Positions 40,401 through 53,895 of a stretch of 64,000 nucleotides of DNA are shown here, in pieces (the first letter of the stretch is position 1; each line of letters begins with the position of its first letter). The stretch covers positions 31,930,001 to 31,994,000 of the forward strand of contig OX597831.1 of assembly GCA_951406725.2 (NCBI GenBank). Direction: 5' to 3'. The stretch is from Octopus vulgaris (lineage: Eukaryota). Position numbers and translations under genes: made by a program. The notes beneath the pieces are model-generated. The model did no database searches. It saw only the letters and a list, made by a program, of their open reading frames with translations, and was not told the DNA's origin.

Positions 40401-43400
40401 TTTATTGATTTTGCTCATCCCCTTACACACACACAGATTTCCTCAAAATTTCTGTCTATCAAATTTCTGACAAGACTTGATTCAATTCAAGGCTATGGTA
40501 AAAGACACTTGCCCAAGTGGGATTTGCATGTCAGTTACATGATTGCAAAGTGAGCTTCTGAACCACAGAGCCCTGACAATGCAAGGGCATAATGGTTGGT
40601 GTTGACTTGTCCATTTCACATTCAATTCAATACACATCAGTTGGGGACTGTTTTACTCAACATTCTGTTGATAGGAATATGGTGTGAAGCTTATTAAAAA
40701 TAGTATAAAGAAAAACTGGTTTGCAGTGGCACAGACGATAGAATATCAGATGTCTTCATATTAATGTCCTCAATTCTGAAGCATTTTTTGATAGTGACAG
40801 GAAGAGAAATGACAGGCATTTCTAAGGAATACACACTGCTAAAGGCACCTGTGGACCCACAATGGGTGATCACTGAAGTCTATTATCCTAGGATAGAACT
40901 GGCTCCTCCTACAGCCTTCCACAGTTCCTGTCCTTTAAATTTGACACACAAGGCTTTGGACAACCCAAGGACTCCAAGCCTATTGTTGAAAACTTTTGCC
41001 CCTTGTGCCACACAGTGGGGTTGAACTTCAAGCACTGTTGCGAACTGAACTTCTTAACCATTTAGCCATGTACTGGGCTCAACATATTCTTATATCTCTG
41101 AAATTATTTAATTGTACCAAAAATCTACTGAGGAAAGGAGTTCTTCTTTCAGCTATATTCCGGATTACAAAATTTTATCCCATCATTTAACCTATGGCTT
41201 CCATGCTAGAATGGGTCGGACTATTTGACAGGGTCTGATTTGTCAGAAGACTGTCATGCTCCACTGTATACTTTGACATAGTTTCTATGGTTGGGTGCCT
41301 TCCTTACTGCCAAACACTCTACAGCAGGGGTGGGCAAACTTTTTTGATCGCGGGCCGCACAGTGCGTCTTTGGAACCTTGGCGGGCCTCATTTATAAAAA
41401 TCAAGTGAAAATATTGTGAATTACCGTACAGTTACGAAGTATCTGCATAGAAGTTGGGATTCATAAAAGCTCTCGGCGGGCCGCATGAAAACCTATGGCG
41501 GGCCGCATGCGGCCCGCGGGCCGTAGTTTGCCCACCCCTGCTCTACAGGATTACTGGGTGTTGTTTTTGTGGCACCAGATAAGATCATCTTGTAACTTGC
41601 AAGGTTAAGGCATAAAGCTTTCCAATAACTGAGAGAAGATAGAAGAGGGGCAGGTGATGATTCTAAGTGGTCAGATGTTAGTTAGATGAGAGGAATAGAC
41701 TAATAGTTGTTATAGGATGGTAGTAGAGAGAGTAACAGGGCAGTAGTCACTCATGGGGTAGGGGAGTAAGACGGGGAACAAGGATAAGGGAAAGGATTAG
41801 TGACATGGATCATAGAGAAAGGGAGGAGGTGGAGTGAGCAAGTGTCAGGGTCAATTGTGTGTAGACTGTCTGGGAACATCCTACATTATAAGGGTGAATA
41901 GGGCAGAAGGTGTGAGGGAAAAGGGGACAGGAAAGGAGCATAACATGGAAATATTTCATTCAGTTTATTGAAGGCACATTAGCAGTAACAACATGGACAT
42001 GACTAAATGTGAACCTTAGTGAAAGTAAAATGACAAGAAAGAAAGGCTTGCTGTGACAGAAACTGTAGAGTTATGAATTAAATGCCTTGTGGTATTTAGT
42101 TACAGCCCTTTATGTTCCAAATTCAAATTCTAGGATTTTGCTGTTCATCCTTTGAATGTGGGGGGGAAAAAAGTACTAGTAAGTACACTAAGGTCAATTG
42201 ATTTGACTATGCCCCTTTCTTCCAAATATGATGCCATGTGAAAAACACCCAGTCCACTCTGTAAAGTGGTTGGCATTAGAGAAAGCAGCATCCTGCTGTA
42301 AGAATTGTGCCAACGTAGACTGGAGGTTGGCACAATTCTCTGGCTTACCAGCTCCTGCCAACTCATCTAACCCATGCCAGCATGGAAGATGGACACTAAA
42401 TGATGATGATGGGTTCCTATCTGTGTGAAATAGATATTTCCATAATAACAGTTGAGATACTGTTTTCTAGAATCAGGTGTTCCAATACTTATGTGTGTGT
42501 ATATACGTGTGTACTTGAATGCATGCATATTATTTGCCTGTTGTTTTCATATTTTTGTTTAAAATTTCTTTGAATTCTTTGTTTTATCCTCAGGACTTAA
42601 CTCCAGTACTCTCTGACATAATGATATCAGAGCACAAAAATGAGCAGTTCATAGCAGGAATACAAAATAAGGAAATGTCTGTTCAGGTAAACTTTATAAT
42701 ATTCTCACATTCCCTAAATCTATATCTCTCCCAGTTTTGCCCCAATTCAAAATTTGTTGTTGTCTCTCTCACAAGATGCAAAAACAAAAAGGAAGAAAAA
42801 GCTGTTGTATGGCAGAATCAGAAGAGCTGAGAATGTAGCAGGGTCAGGAAGGTCCATCCTGGGCAATGCCTTCATGGGAGAAGCACCTCTGTTGTATAAG
42901 CCTGTATAGGTAAGAGGTCCTGTGAGGTGCAGCAAACTCAAGGGCTGCTCCAGGCAGAACACATACACACAAGTTATGTTACTGAGTAGAGCACTGAACA
43001 AATGCAATTAAGGTGCTGGAAAGATCCTGGCTTGAGGTAAAAGAAACCACAGGAGGATCAGTTAATTATAATTTTATTCAACATCTCAGATTCACAGGCT
43101 TATTGCAGTGGTCCTTCACTTTTCCTAAGCCCTGTAAAAGAACTCAGAAGGCTGGGCCTCCAACCAGGACTTTCGTGATACCCTTAAAGCCAGGAACTTT
43201 TCAGCAAGTTCCTTTGTACAAGTATTGTGGTGAATGTCATCGGTGATACAACCCATTGACTAAAGCAGCTAAAAGAGTAAGAACCACTACAATTGAAAAC
43301 CTTTTTTGGAACCTCCTAGGTTTCTGCTTCTATATTCTTCAGTTAGAAGTTGGATGATAATAGTAGAGAACTAGAACAAGGGATGGTAAAATAAATAACA

Positions 43401-46400
43401 GTATTGTTGTTGTTATTTTATTGTAATTCAATTCACATCTAGGATGCTTTATAAGAATATTACATTAATCCAGTAACTGAGTGCTACTTTGTCTTGGAAC
43501 TTGAAATCAGAACATAAAGGATCATTGCTTGATACTACAAACAGTTTATCTGATGCTTTGATGATTCTGGCAATCCAACATCTTAATCTTATGATGCCTG
43601 ATACGCATTTTAATCCTGTTGGCCTGTGTTGGTCAGAACTGCCACACAACACATCAATATTTGTTTCAATCTTCCTTCCTTTTCTGAGAACCCAACATCT
43701 ACCTACCCACCACTTTTTCACAGGTTATCCTTCTTCGTGGATGTCATACACTGATACACTCCTCATACAATCACATGTCCATACCAGTAGAGTGTTATTT
43801 CCTATCAATCAGTCACTCACCTTGCTTCTGCTCCACCTTTCACAAAGGTTAACATTACACATCCAACAAATACCTCCAGGTTTTTTCCATTCCTCCCCAG
43901 ATCTTTCATATTCAATGCTTCACATCTCACAATCATGTTCCAACATACCATATTTGTTGGAATATAAGATATACTTTTTTCAGTTTTGATTTTTCGACAT
44001 TTTCCCAGGATTAATGTTTTATAATGATATATACAACACATGGACACATAAGAGGTGCAGCAATGTCAAAGGTAGGCTAACTGGGAAGATAGGTTTTGTA
44101 TGTGGCAGATGCTCGGGAGCATTGACCTCCGAAAATCTGCAGAAAACAACTTCCGTCACTTTCCAGGGGAAAAAATTAGAAGTAGTTGATAGCTTCCGTT
44201 ATCTAGGTGACCAAGTCAGTAGTGGGGGTGGGTGCACTGAGAGTGTAACTGCTAGAATAAGAATAGCTTGGGCAAAGTTTAGGGTGCTCTTACCTCTGCT
44301 GGTGACTAAAGGCCTCTCGCTCAGAGTAAAAGGCAGACTGTATGATGCATGTGTACGAACTGCCATGCTACATGGCAGTGAAACATGGGCCGTGACTGCT
44401 GAGGACATGCGTAAGCTCATGAGGAATGAAGCCAGTATGCTCCAATGGATGTGTAATGTCAGTGTACTTACTCGACAGAGCGTTAGTTCCTTGAGAGAAA
44501 TGTTGTACCTAAGAAGCATCAGTTGTGGTGTGCAAGAGAGACGATTGCGCTGGTATGGTCATGTGGCGAGAATGGATGAAGATAGGTGTGTGAGAAAGTG
44601 CCAATCCCTAGCAGTTGAGGGAACCCGTGGAAGAGGTAGACCCAGGAAACCTGGGACGAGGTGATGAAGCACGACCTTCGAACGTTAGGTCTCACCATGG
44701 AAATGACTAGAGACCGAGACCTATGGAAGTATGCTGTGCGTGAGAAGACCCAGCAAGACTAGTGAAGCCATAACCCGTGGGCCCTACCTGGGACGTAGTC
44801 AGTCCACCTGTGCATACCTTCCTGCTTGTGACACTTGTGAAGACCTGTTGAGACAAGTGAAAATCAAATCAAATCAAATCAAACCAAATAAAAATAGATG
44901 AACATCAATGGAATTTGTATCCTTGTGGTACCAGTGGTACCATAAGAAAACCATCCGAACGGGACCATAGCCAGTACCGCATCAACTGGCCTCCGTGCTG
45001 TGGGCACGTAACAAACACCATCCGATCGTGGCCGTTCGCCAGCCTCGTCTGGCACATAAGAAAACACCGAAAACACCATCCGAGCGTGGCCGTCTGCCAG
45101 CCTCGTCTGGCACCTGTGTCGGTGGCACATAAAAAACACCATCCGAGCGTGGCCGTCTGCCAGCCTCGTCTGGCACCTGTGTCGGTGGCACATAAAATCA
45201 TCCACTACACTCTCGGAGTGGTTGGCGTTAGGAAGGGCATCCAGCTGTAGAAACACTGCCAGATCTGACTGGCCTGGTGCAGCCTTCGGGCTTGCCAGAC
45301 CCCAGTTGAACCGTCCAACCCATGCTAGCATGGAAAGCGGACGTTAAACGATGATGATGATGATACAACATATTTTTGGAGAATCAAAATTTTAGGAATT
45401 TAAAAAGCATAACCCTGAACAATTTTTGAAAAGACAGTCAAAGCTGAAAAATTACATTCACTTTTTGCAACTTTGCGTAGGCCTCTGAGCAGGTATCACC
45501 ATGACCAGTTTCTCTGTCATGGTCATTGTGATGATCACTCGCTACACACGTTCCTTCCAAACACTGCTGTAAACAGTGGAAGTGAGCTAGAGTGTTAAAA
45601 CTTAGTGTGCATGCAGAGCAGAATCTAAGGTCAGTGTTTCCCAAATGGCTTCACTCTGTGAGCTTTAGTTTTGTTACTATGGCAATAGTCTGGATACTTA
45701 TTGATCAGACCTCGTAAATCAATATTTTTTTTTGGCATAATTTGATTTATGGTCACAAATTGAAGGTGAAAAATTTATCTTATTAGTAATCGGTAGAATG
45801 CTGATACACATCAATATCCATCACTGATACATCTCAATAACCCTCCTTGGACATCAGAAAGATTAGAAATACAACAAAAATTTTTAATATTTAGGTCAGA
45901 CAAAATAGGATCATGGAAAAATGGAATATGATAATGAAACTCAGCTAAATCTAAAAGCTCAACATAAAATACTCTCTATAGCTCCTTCATGATCTGCTGG
46001 AGTGACTCTCTTCCCAATATATTTATGCACCATGCAGTTAATGACAAGAAATTAATGAAATTAGTCATTACTCTTTTTGCCTAGTAATGACTATAAAATT
46101 TTTTATGTATTTTTTTAGTACTGAAATCTCTCTATAAGTGGAACTGACCTTTCCACTATCCAAAGAAAATAATTAAAAATGAAAAATTGAGAGGTGCAGT
46201 GGGAGAAAAATTTGTAAAGTGTCCCCCTTTCTTTCCTATATAGAAAAGTCAGAAATTGTCTGGTGCACCGTAAATTTTCTTTGGATCTGTGTTTTAACAA
46301 TTGTAGATTAATTTTGCCAAAAATATTAAAAAACAGCATATCTCAGAGGTCTCGGTCTTTCGTCATTTCCTCTGTGAGGCCTGACGTGCCACTGGCATGG

Positions 46401-49400
46401 CTATCACAACTACAATATTCATTTGATTTTGATTTTGATGTACTTAACTCAATAGGTTTCTTCAAGTACAGCAGGCTGCCCTACAATCCAAGCACAGCAG
46501 GCCAACCTGCAAACCATGAACTCACTTCATTTGTCAGGTCTTCGCAGTCACAGCATATCTCCAGAGGTCTTGGTCTTTCATCATAGCCTCTGTGAGGCCC
46601 AACGTTCAAAGGTCATGCTTGACCATCTCATCCCATGTCTTCCTGGGTCTACCTCTACCCTGGATTCCTTCAACAGTTTGGGAGTGACACTTCTTCACAC
46701 ATCTCTCCTCATTCATCCATAATACATGACCATACTAACGCAAACGTCTCTCCGGCACGCCACATCCGATGCTTCTTATGTCCAACATTTCTCTCAGGGC
46801 GCATACACTCTGTCATACATGGACACTGACATTACACATCCAGCAGATCATGCTAACTTCATTTCTTTCGAGCCTACGCATGTCCTCCGCAGTCACAGCC
46901 CACATTTCACTGCCATGATGCATGGCAGTTCACACACATGCGTCGTACAATCTACCTTTCACTCTGAGAGACCCTTTGTCGCCAGTAGGGGAAGAAGCTT
47001 TCTAATCTGTGCCCAGGCTATTCTTATTCTAGTGGTATCACTCTCTGAGCATCCACCCCCACTACTAACTTGGTCACCTAGGTAGCAGAAACTATCAACT
47101 ACTTCTAATTTCTACCCCTAGAGTGTAATGGAATCCATTTTCTGAGTATTAGTGGTGTCTATTGCCCCTGTACCCTAGTATCGATCTATTGCATTTCAAT
47201 CTATTTTAGGATTAGGGTTAGAGGTGGGGGAAGAGTATCTTATTTTCTTCGCAAATGTAAATAAACCCAATCTGTTTCTTAAACAAGGACATATTCATAC
47301 AGCATGGAATCTTTTCACCCCAAATGGAGGTGAGCGATTGGTTAAAATTGACGAAATGCTCGAAATTTCAGACGAAATATCTTACAAACTATAGAATTTT
47401 CTCAATAAAGCCAAGAAAAAATGATGTTTTATAAACACATTCTACCAGTATACGAAGTTTAAAAGTGTTTAGTTAACTAGAAATTGTGTTGACATCTGCC
47501 GTTCTAAAGGAAAAGATCCAAAAATATTTTCGCAACAACATTGTAGAAATTTTTTTTTCGCAGACTAGATAAAAAAAAAGAAATAGTGACGTCGGATACA
47601 GTTTCATTGAATGTAATTTCTATATCATTTCCTTCATAATATCTTCTGTAATTTTTTTTGTCAGTCTGCAAACATTGAAGAAGTAAAATTTCGTCTGCAT
47701 TTTGTAGACAAAAAAAATCATTGTTGGTTGAAGTCGACAATTCACTACATGATAATTAATTATTTATTACGGAAATACTTTCAATAAAGATTTATTTCTT
47801 TTCTCGAATAAATATTTAATTTTTGATAAATAGTTTCTGAAAAGACTAGTCTCTTGAAATTTTACCTCAACTATGCCGTAATTCTTTACTTCGAAAGCTA
47901 TTCCTACTTCGCGATCGGCCTTTACAGCCAACAAAATTAAATCACACGAAATGATTTTTTGTTTTAAATTACGTTCGTATCGAGTGCCATTGGCGATATC
48001 ATAACTTCTTCCCATAAAAGATCTAAAAGAATCATGGCCGCTGTCTGTGGTACAAAGAATATATTCAAAATATATAAATAAAACATTCTTTCGGTTTATG
48101 ATCACAAAATAAAAGTGGGGAAAATATAAGCAATCAGTATTAAATAAGAAGTTTGAAAATTTTGAGGAAGAAAATAATCTTTTCAGAAACGTAATCTCTG
48201 TATTAAAAATAAATGTTCAAAGGCTGGGGTAGGAGGTAAATATTTGAAACATTGGTTTGTTTTTTTCGAAGGTTTTTGTTTTGTTTTGTCTTGTTTTTAG
48301 AGGGGGAAAAAATCTTAATTTCCATTGTTGAAAACAGGCATCCAAAGAAATATTTTTGAAAAAAAAAATAGTTCAAGTAACCCATTCGACATGTTTGCCA
48401 AGATTTACCGAATAGTATCTATAGTTTCACTTTCAGTTTGTGGTCACACACCGAAAGAATGCGAAAAACATTTAGAAATACTTGCCAGAGTTGTTATGTT
48501 CAGTTAATGGGCAAAGCATGGTAATGCTGTTTCATTTGTATAGAACTCGTTCAGCTCTTTAGGAAAGCGTTATAAATTCTTCCAGTATTTCGTCACATTC
48601 TTGTTGCGAGAAAATGATGACTGTAATATGCTACAATTTATTATTTGTAATTCGATTTAACAATTCCTGAGTGAATCTCGAAATTGCTTCTTTGATCTGG
48701 GAAGTTGTCTTTCACTGTAACAGCAGCTCAAAAAACAAATATGTCTTCCCATGTCCAGATTGAAACTCAACTTCGTAAATAGAATGAGAATATTTTGTTT
48801 TATTTTTAAAGTTAATTTTATCATTTTTCATTAATACTGAAAATATTAAGATCACAGAATTGTGAGAAACAGTAGATTGCTGAAAAAAAACCCCAAAAAA
48901 CCATACGTTTCTTTCCTCTATATTTTTCAGTTTAGATGGCGATAAAATTACAAGCAGTGATATATACTGAACAATTTTATCGGCTACACCTCTGCTAAAA
49001 TTGGCCAATTGTATAATAGTTTTTTTTTTTTATCATTCAGATAAACTTTTGTTTCGTTCAGTTTTGAATGAATTACGAACAATAAGAGTTAAGGTCAACA
49101 GTCAGCCATAATGTTTTCGCTCTGCTTTATATTCAGTGAAAGCCACGGATGGAAAACTTTAGAAAGAGCTGTTTTCTATTTTTAGTGCGAGCGGAAAGAA
49201 CAATTTACATACTTAATTTTCGGTGTTTTTATTTTGTGGGAAGGAAGAGTATTTCAATACGAGGGTAAATGGGATTTTGTTTTAATGCAGCCATTGACAT
49301 TTAACCTACAGACATACGTTGACCTTGTTACTTCAACATTTCAACCTCGCTTGGGAATGTCTTCTAAAGAATAGTCTAGACATTGGACTAGCTGCATCTG

Positions 49401-52400
49401 ATGTTTTTACAAAAATGTAGATTTTTGACTCGCTATTGTGAAATCCCATCTGCATCAACTTAGTATTTCAGCCTTCGGATATAACAAAATAATAAAAATA
49501 CTGATATTATAAAATAATATGTGTTTGAATCGATTACATCTCGCTGAAAAAATATACCTAAATAATGGTTATTATCTTTGCCTTTCGTCCTTTCGAGGTC
49601 TTCATTCTTTCGGGGTCGATAAATTAAGTACCAGTTACGCACTGGAGTCGATATAATCAACTTAATCCGTTTGTCCTCTCTGTGTGTAGCCCCTTGTGGG
49701 CAGTAAATAAATAGGTATTTCATCTGCCGCTACGTTCTGAGTCCAAATTCCGCCGAGGTCGACTTTGCCTTTCATCCTTTCGGAGTCGATAAATTAAGTA
49801 TCAATTGCGTACTGGGGTTGATCTAATCGGCTGGCCCCCTCCCCCAAAATTTCAGACCTTGTGCCTTGAGTAGAAAAGAATACAGAAGAAATTTGTTTCT
49901 GGAACAAACCAAATTTTTTTAATTTAAATTATCGATATTCCAAGTGTTTTATAGGTTATCTGATTGACTATACAGTAGCGTAAGTTAGTTTTCCTGGAGT
50001 ATCTAATATCACTTACTCCATTAAATCTCTTGGGGGTACGCAGTCATGGCTAATATATTGCTTGAAGTCAATAGGTCAGATAACCCGTATCGCTACGAAA
50101 AGTTAAGTTCCTTTGAATCTGTAAATCTGACAGCCATGCGATATTCAACAAACAGTCGGTAGCTATCCTCTCGCCCTTACTGAAATAAAAACACTGGTTT
50201 ACACGTTTATTTTTTTAGCAATATATTTTACAACGAAATTCGTAAAATAAGAAGTTTCTGTGCCGTGAAGCCTAAATTTTCGGTCAAAACATTTGGGGGT
50301 AGGGTTAATGAATGAAGATTCTTCAGCTTCATTCATAAGTTCCCAATATAATGGTCTGAAGATGTTCGTGTTTCATGTATCAGTTTCAGTTTGTCAAACT
50401 TTCGTTGGTGTCAGTTTATTTGGTGGCCACATGCAAATGTTGATTATTCTCGTTTTTGAACGGAAAAAAATAACTAATTGGATAATTTCTATTACTATGT
50501 TTCACCTAAAATATAAGTAAAATACTATGATAAAATTGCGTTTCAAAACACAACACTTAGAGCTGCCATTATTTTTGGAATAACCTAATATTTAATGAAT
50601 AAACAAGTTTGTGTTGCAAATCAGCACTGATTTTTCTTTAGTTTATGAGATGTTTTTTGTGGGTTTGTTGAAATGGTTAGCACCTTACACTTACAATGTT
50701 GCCATATACTTAATTATAAAATTTTGGAATTCTATTTCTAACCTTAGAAATTATCAATATGTAGACCAAACGAATCCAAACATCCATTCTTTGATGATAT
50801 GGCTCATCACTGCTAAAAACACTGTATAACACAATTTTTGCCCTTGAGTAGCAGCTATTTCCTATTTGCTTACCCTTAGAAAGTATGAAAAATGGCTATT
50901 ATTTCCTTCAGACTTTGCTTTTGTTAAATTTATTCAAACCTCAAAGAATCCCTCTGAACATATGGCTATGATTCTCCCTCACTTACTGCTCATGATCAGA
51001 GATGCACATATTGGCAGCCACTGAGGGACATGCTCAAGCAGTTCAGGTCAAGCAATTGACAAGCAAATCTGTGGTATTGACCAGATTTGCTATAATGATA
51101 TTTCTGCTTCAGCAACTCTGAATCTGTTTGAAATGTAATGGAAAACCAGTCAGTTTCAAAATATTGATGTCCAGGTCACAAAAGCAAAGTTTGAAGGGAA
51201 TAGTAGTCACTTCTTTGATTTCTAGATAGAAGCAAATAGGAAATAACACTTACTGACAAAAGACAAAAATTAGAATTTTGTTACACAATGTAACTGTTTC
51301 TGATTTAGGCACAAGGCCAGCAATTTTGAGGTGGGTGTTTAGTCCATATCATTGCCCTTAATACTTACTGGTGCTTTATTTCATCTACCCCATTACTCAA
51401 TTCGAACAAAAATTATTGTTGACCATGATGGAATATGAACTCAGCCTACAATAACTCAGAATAAAAATGATATTTTTGTTGTTCTTTTTAGGTTGGGACC
51501 AACTTGAGACCAGACCGAAAACCTATAGATATCTGGATCATTATTTTATGTGTGGCACTGGGAGTGCTTCTTCTAATTCTAGTTATTTGTGGTTTATGGA
51601 AGGTAAGAATTTCTCTGAGTAATTTAACCTCTAAAAATACAGAAGAATTGTTTTGGTTGTTTCACTGTTGTTATATATTTTTGCACCCAAGACCTTCATG
51701 TTTGGTAGTGATGCCTGAGCATTAACTGAAACACTAGCAGAAGAAGTAAATACTAGACATTGTTCTATATGAGGATTTGAAGTTGATTTTTGCAAAGAAA
51801 TTAAAAGATAAAATGTTAAATGGGAGAAGAATTAACTTTGATTGAATATATTCTTTTATTCTTTTACTTGTTTCAGTCATTTGACTCTGGCCATGCTAGA
51901 GCACTGCCTTTAATCGAGCAAATTGACCCCAGGACTTATTCTTTGTAAGCCTAGTACTTATACTATCGGTCTCTTTTGTCGAACCGCTAAGTTTCAGGGA
52001 CATAAACACACCAGCATCAGTTGTCAAGTGATGTTGGTGGGGACAAACACAGACACACAAACACACACATACATATATATATACATATATATACGACGGG
52101 CTTCTTTCAGTTTCCATCTACCAAATCCACTCACAAGGCTTTGGTCAGCCTGAGACTATAGTAGAAGATACTTGCCCAAGGTGCCACGCAGTGGGCTGAA
52201 CCTGGAACCATGTGGTTCGTAAGCATGCTACTTACCACACAGCCACTCCTACACCTATGCAGAAATGTGCAGAAATTTCTGCAGTTCCCTGCAACTTCAG
52301 TGCAACACCATCCATGGCATGCTGAATTCTATGGGCAAATGATGTTTGCAATCATTCAACATCTGTTTTCCATGCAGGCATGGGTTGGATGCTTTGATCA

Positions 52401-53852
52401 GGAGCTGTTCAGCCAGATGACTGTTCCAAGCTTCAAAATGTGCTTTGGAATGTTTTCTACAGCTTGATGCACTTCCTGATGTCAACCATTTTGCAGAGTG
52501 CACTGAGTACTTTTTACATGGCATTAGCACCAGTGAAGTTAACTGGTAACCCACAAGAAATAACCCCTTAAAATAAGAAAGGAGTTGCATTGAGGGAGGT
52601 TTTGAGAGGTTGAAAATCGGGACAAGCTACTGCGGATGTATCAATACATGACGGAGAAGATGTACTTCAATGCATTCCTGACCTCTGTCTGACCTTCCAA
52701 GTGTTGCTTCTACTTGGCCTATTTCTGGGTGACACTGGCTACCACTGCCCATAATCCTACAACCTTGTCCCAGCAAACTAACTTGTAATCCACAGATAAA
52801 TAAACATGTCTTTGAACTGGGTAAAGTAAAAAAATAAAATAGATATTTCCTTCTCAAGCCATGCCAGGCTTATGAGGACTGGTTTCCTGGTTTCAATGGC
52901 GTACATATTCCCCGCTCCTGGACGGGACCCCAGTCCATCATAGGATTCCTCAATTTTGCCAGCTGAGTGGCTCAAGGACACAACATGTCACCCGGTCCAG
53001 GAACCGAAACCACAATCTTACGATCACGAGTCCAACACCTTAGCCTCTAAGCCACACGCCTCAACCGGGTAAAATAATGACTGCTATAAATAACATGTTG
53101 GTAATGGAGATGGTGGTGCTACTACTACTACTACTACTACTATAACCACCACCACCACCACAACTGTTACTATGACCACCACCACCACCACTACCACAAT
53201 TATTGTTACAATTATTACTGTGTACAAGTAGTAGTGTAATAATGGTGTTGGTGGTGATGTGGTTGTGCAGCAGCAGCTGTAGTAGTAGTGGCAGCAGCAG
53301 TGTTATTGCGAAGCTACCATTTGAAGAACTTCCTCTGACCTAACTAATTGCATTTCTTCACGTCTTACATGCCTACACACACACACATTTATTCATGTAT
53401 ATATTCACACATATACATGCACATATGTGTGTGTGTGTATGTGTGTGTGTGTGTGCATGTATGCGTATATATATTACGTAAGCTTAATGTTTCTTAAATT
53501 CCACATTAGCCAATAAAAGTGGAGATTCTCAACATTTCAAAGACTTCTTCGGGAAGCAGGAGGGAAAAGATTTTCTTCATCCCAGTCTGTGTGGGTTTAG
53601 ACACAGAGACCAAATTCTCATACACCAAGGACAAAGAAAACCTCTTCTCTCTCTCTCCACCCCAAAGTAGAATTTTATCTCAAATATCAAAATCTTCTCT
53701 CCTAATGGCCTCTGAACTTAGCAAACATTAAACTTTACCAACAAACACAGTTTTTTTTTATGAATAAATAGATGACCACCATTTCTTTTTCAATCCTCTG
53801 CAATCTGGATTCTTACACACACATGCATATTGTGTGTGTGCGTGTGTGTGTG

Positions 53853-53895
<43 letters not shown>

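Noticed and set aside
43489-43989. 166-aa ORF
   Set aside because: Non-ATG start; partly antisense to a decayed RTE fragment; no domain signature.
47504-49008. Minus-strand ORFs as a nested gene or transposase
   Set aside because: No recognisable motifs or consistent splice structure; short AT-rich ORFs are expected by chance.
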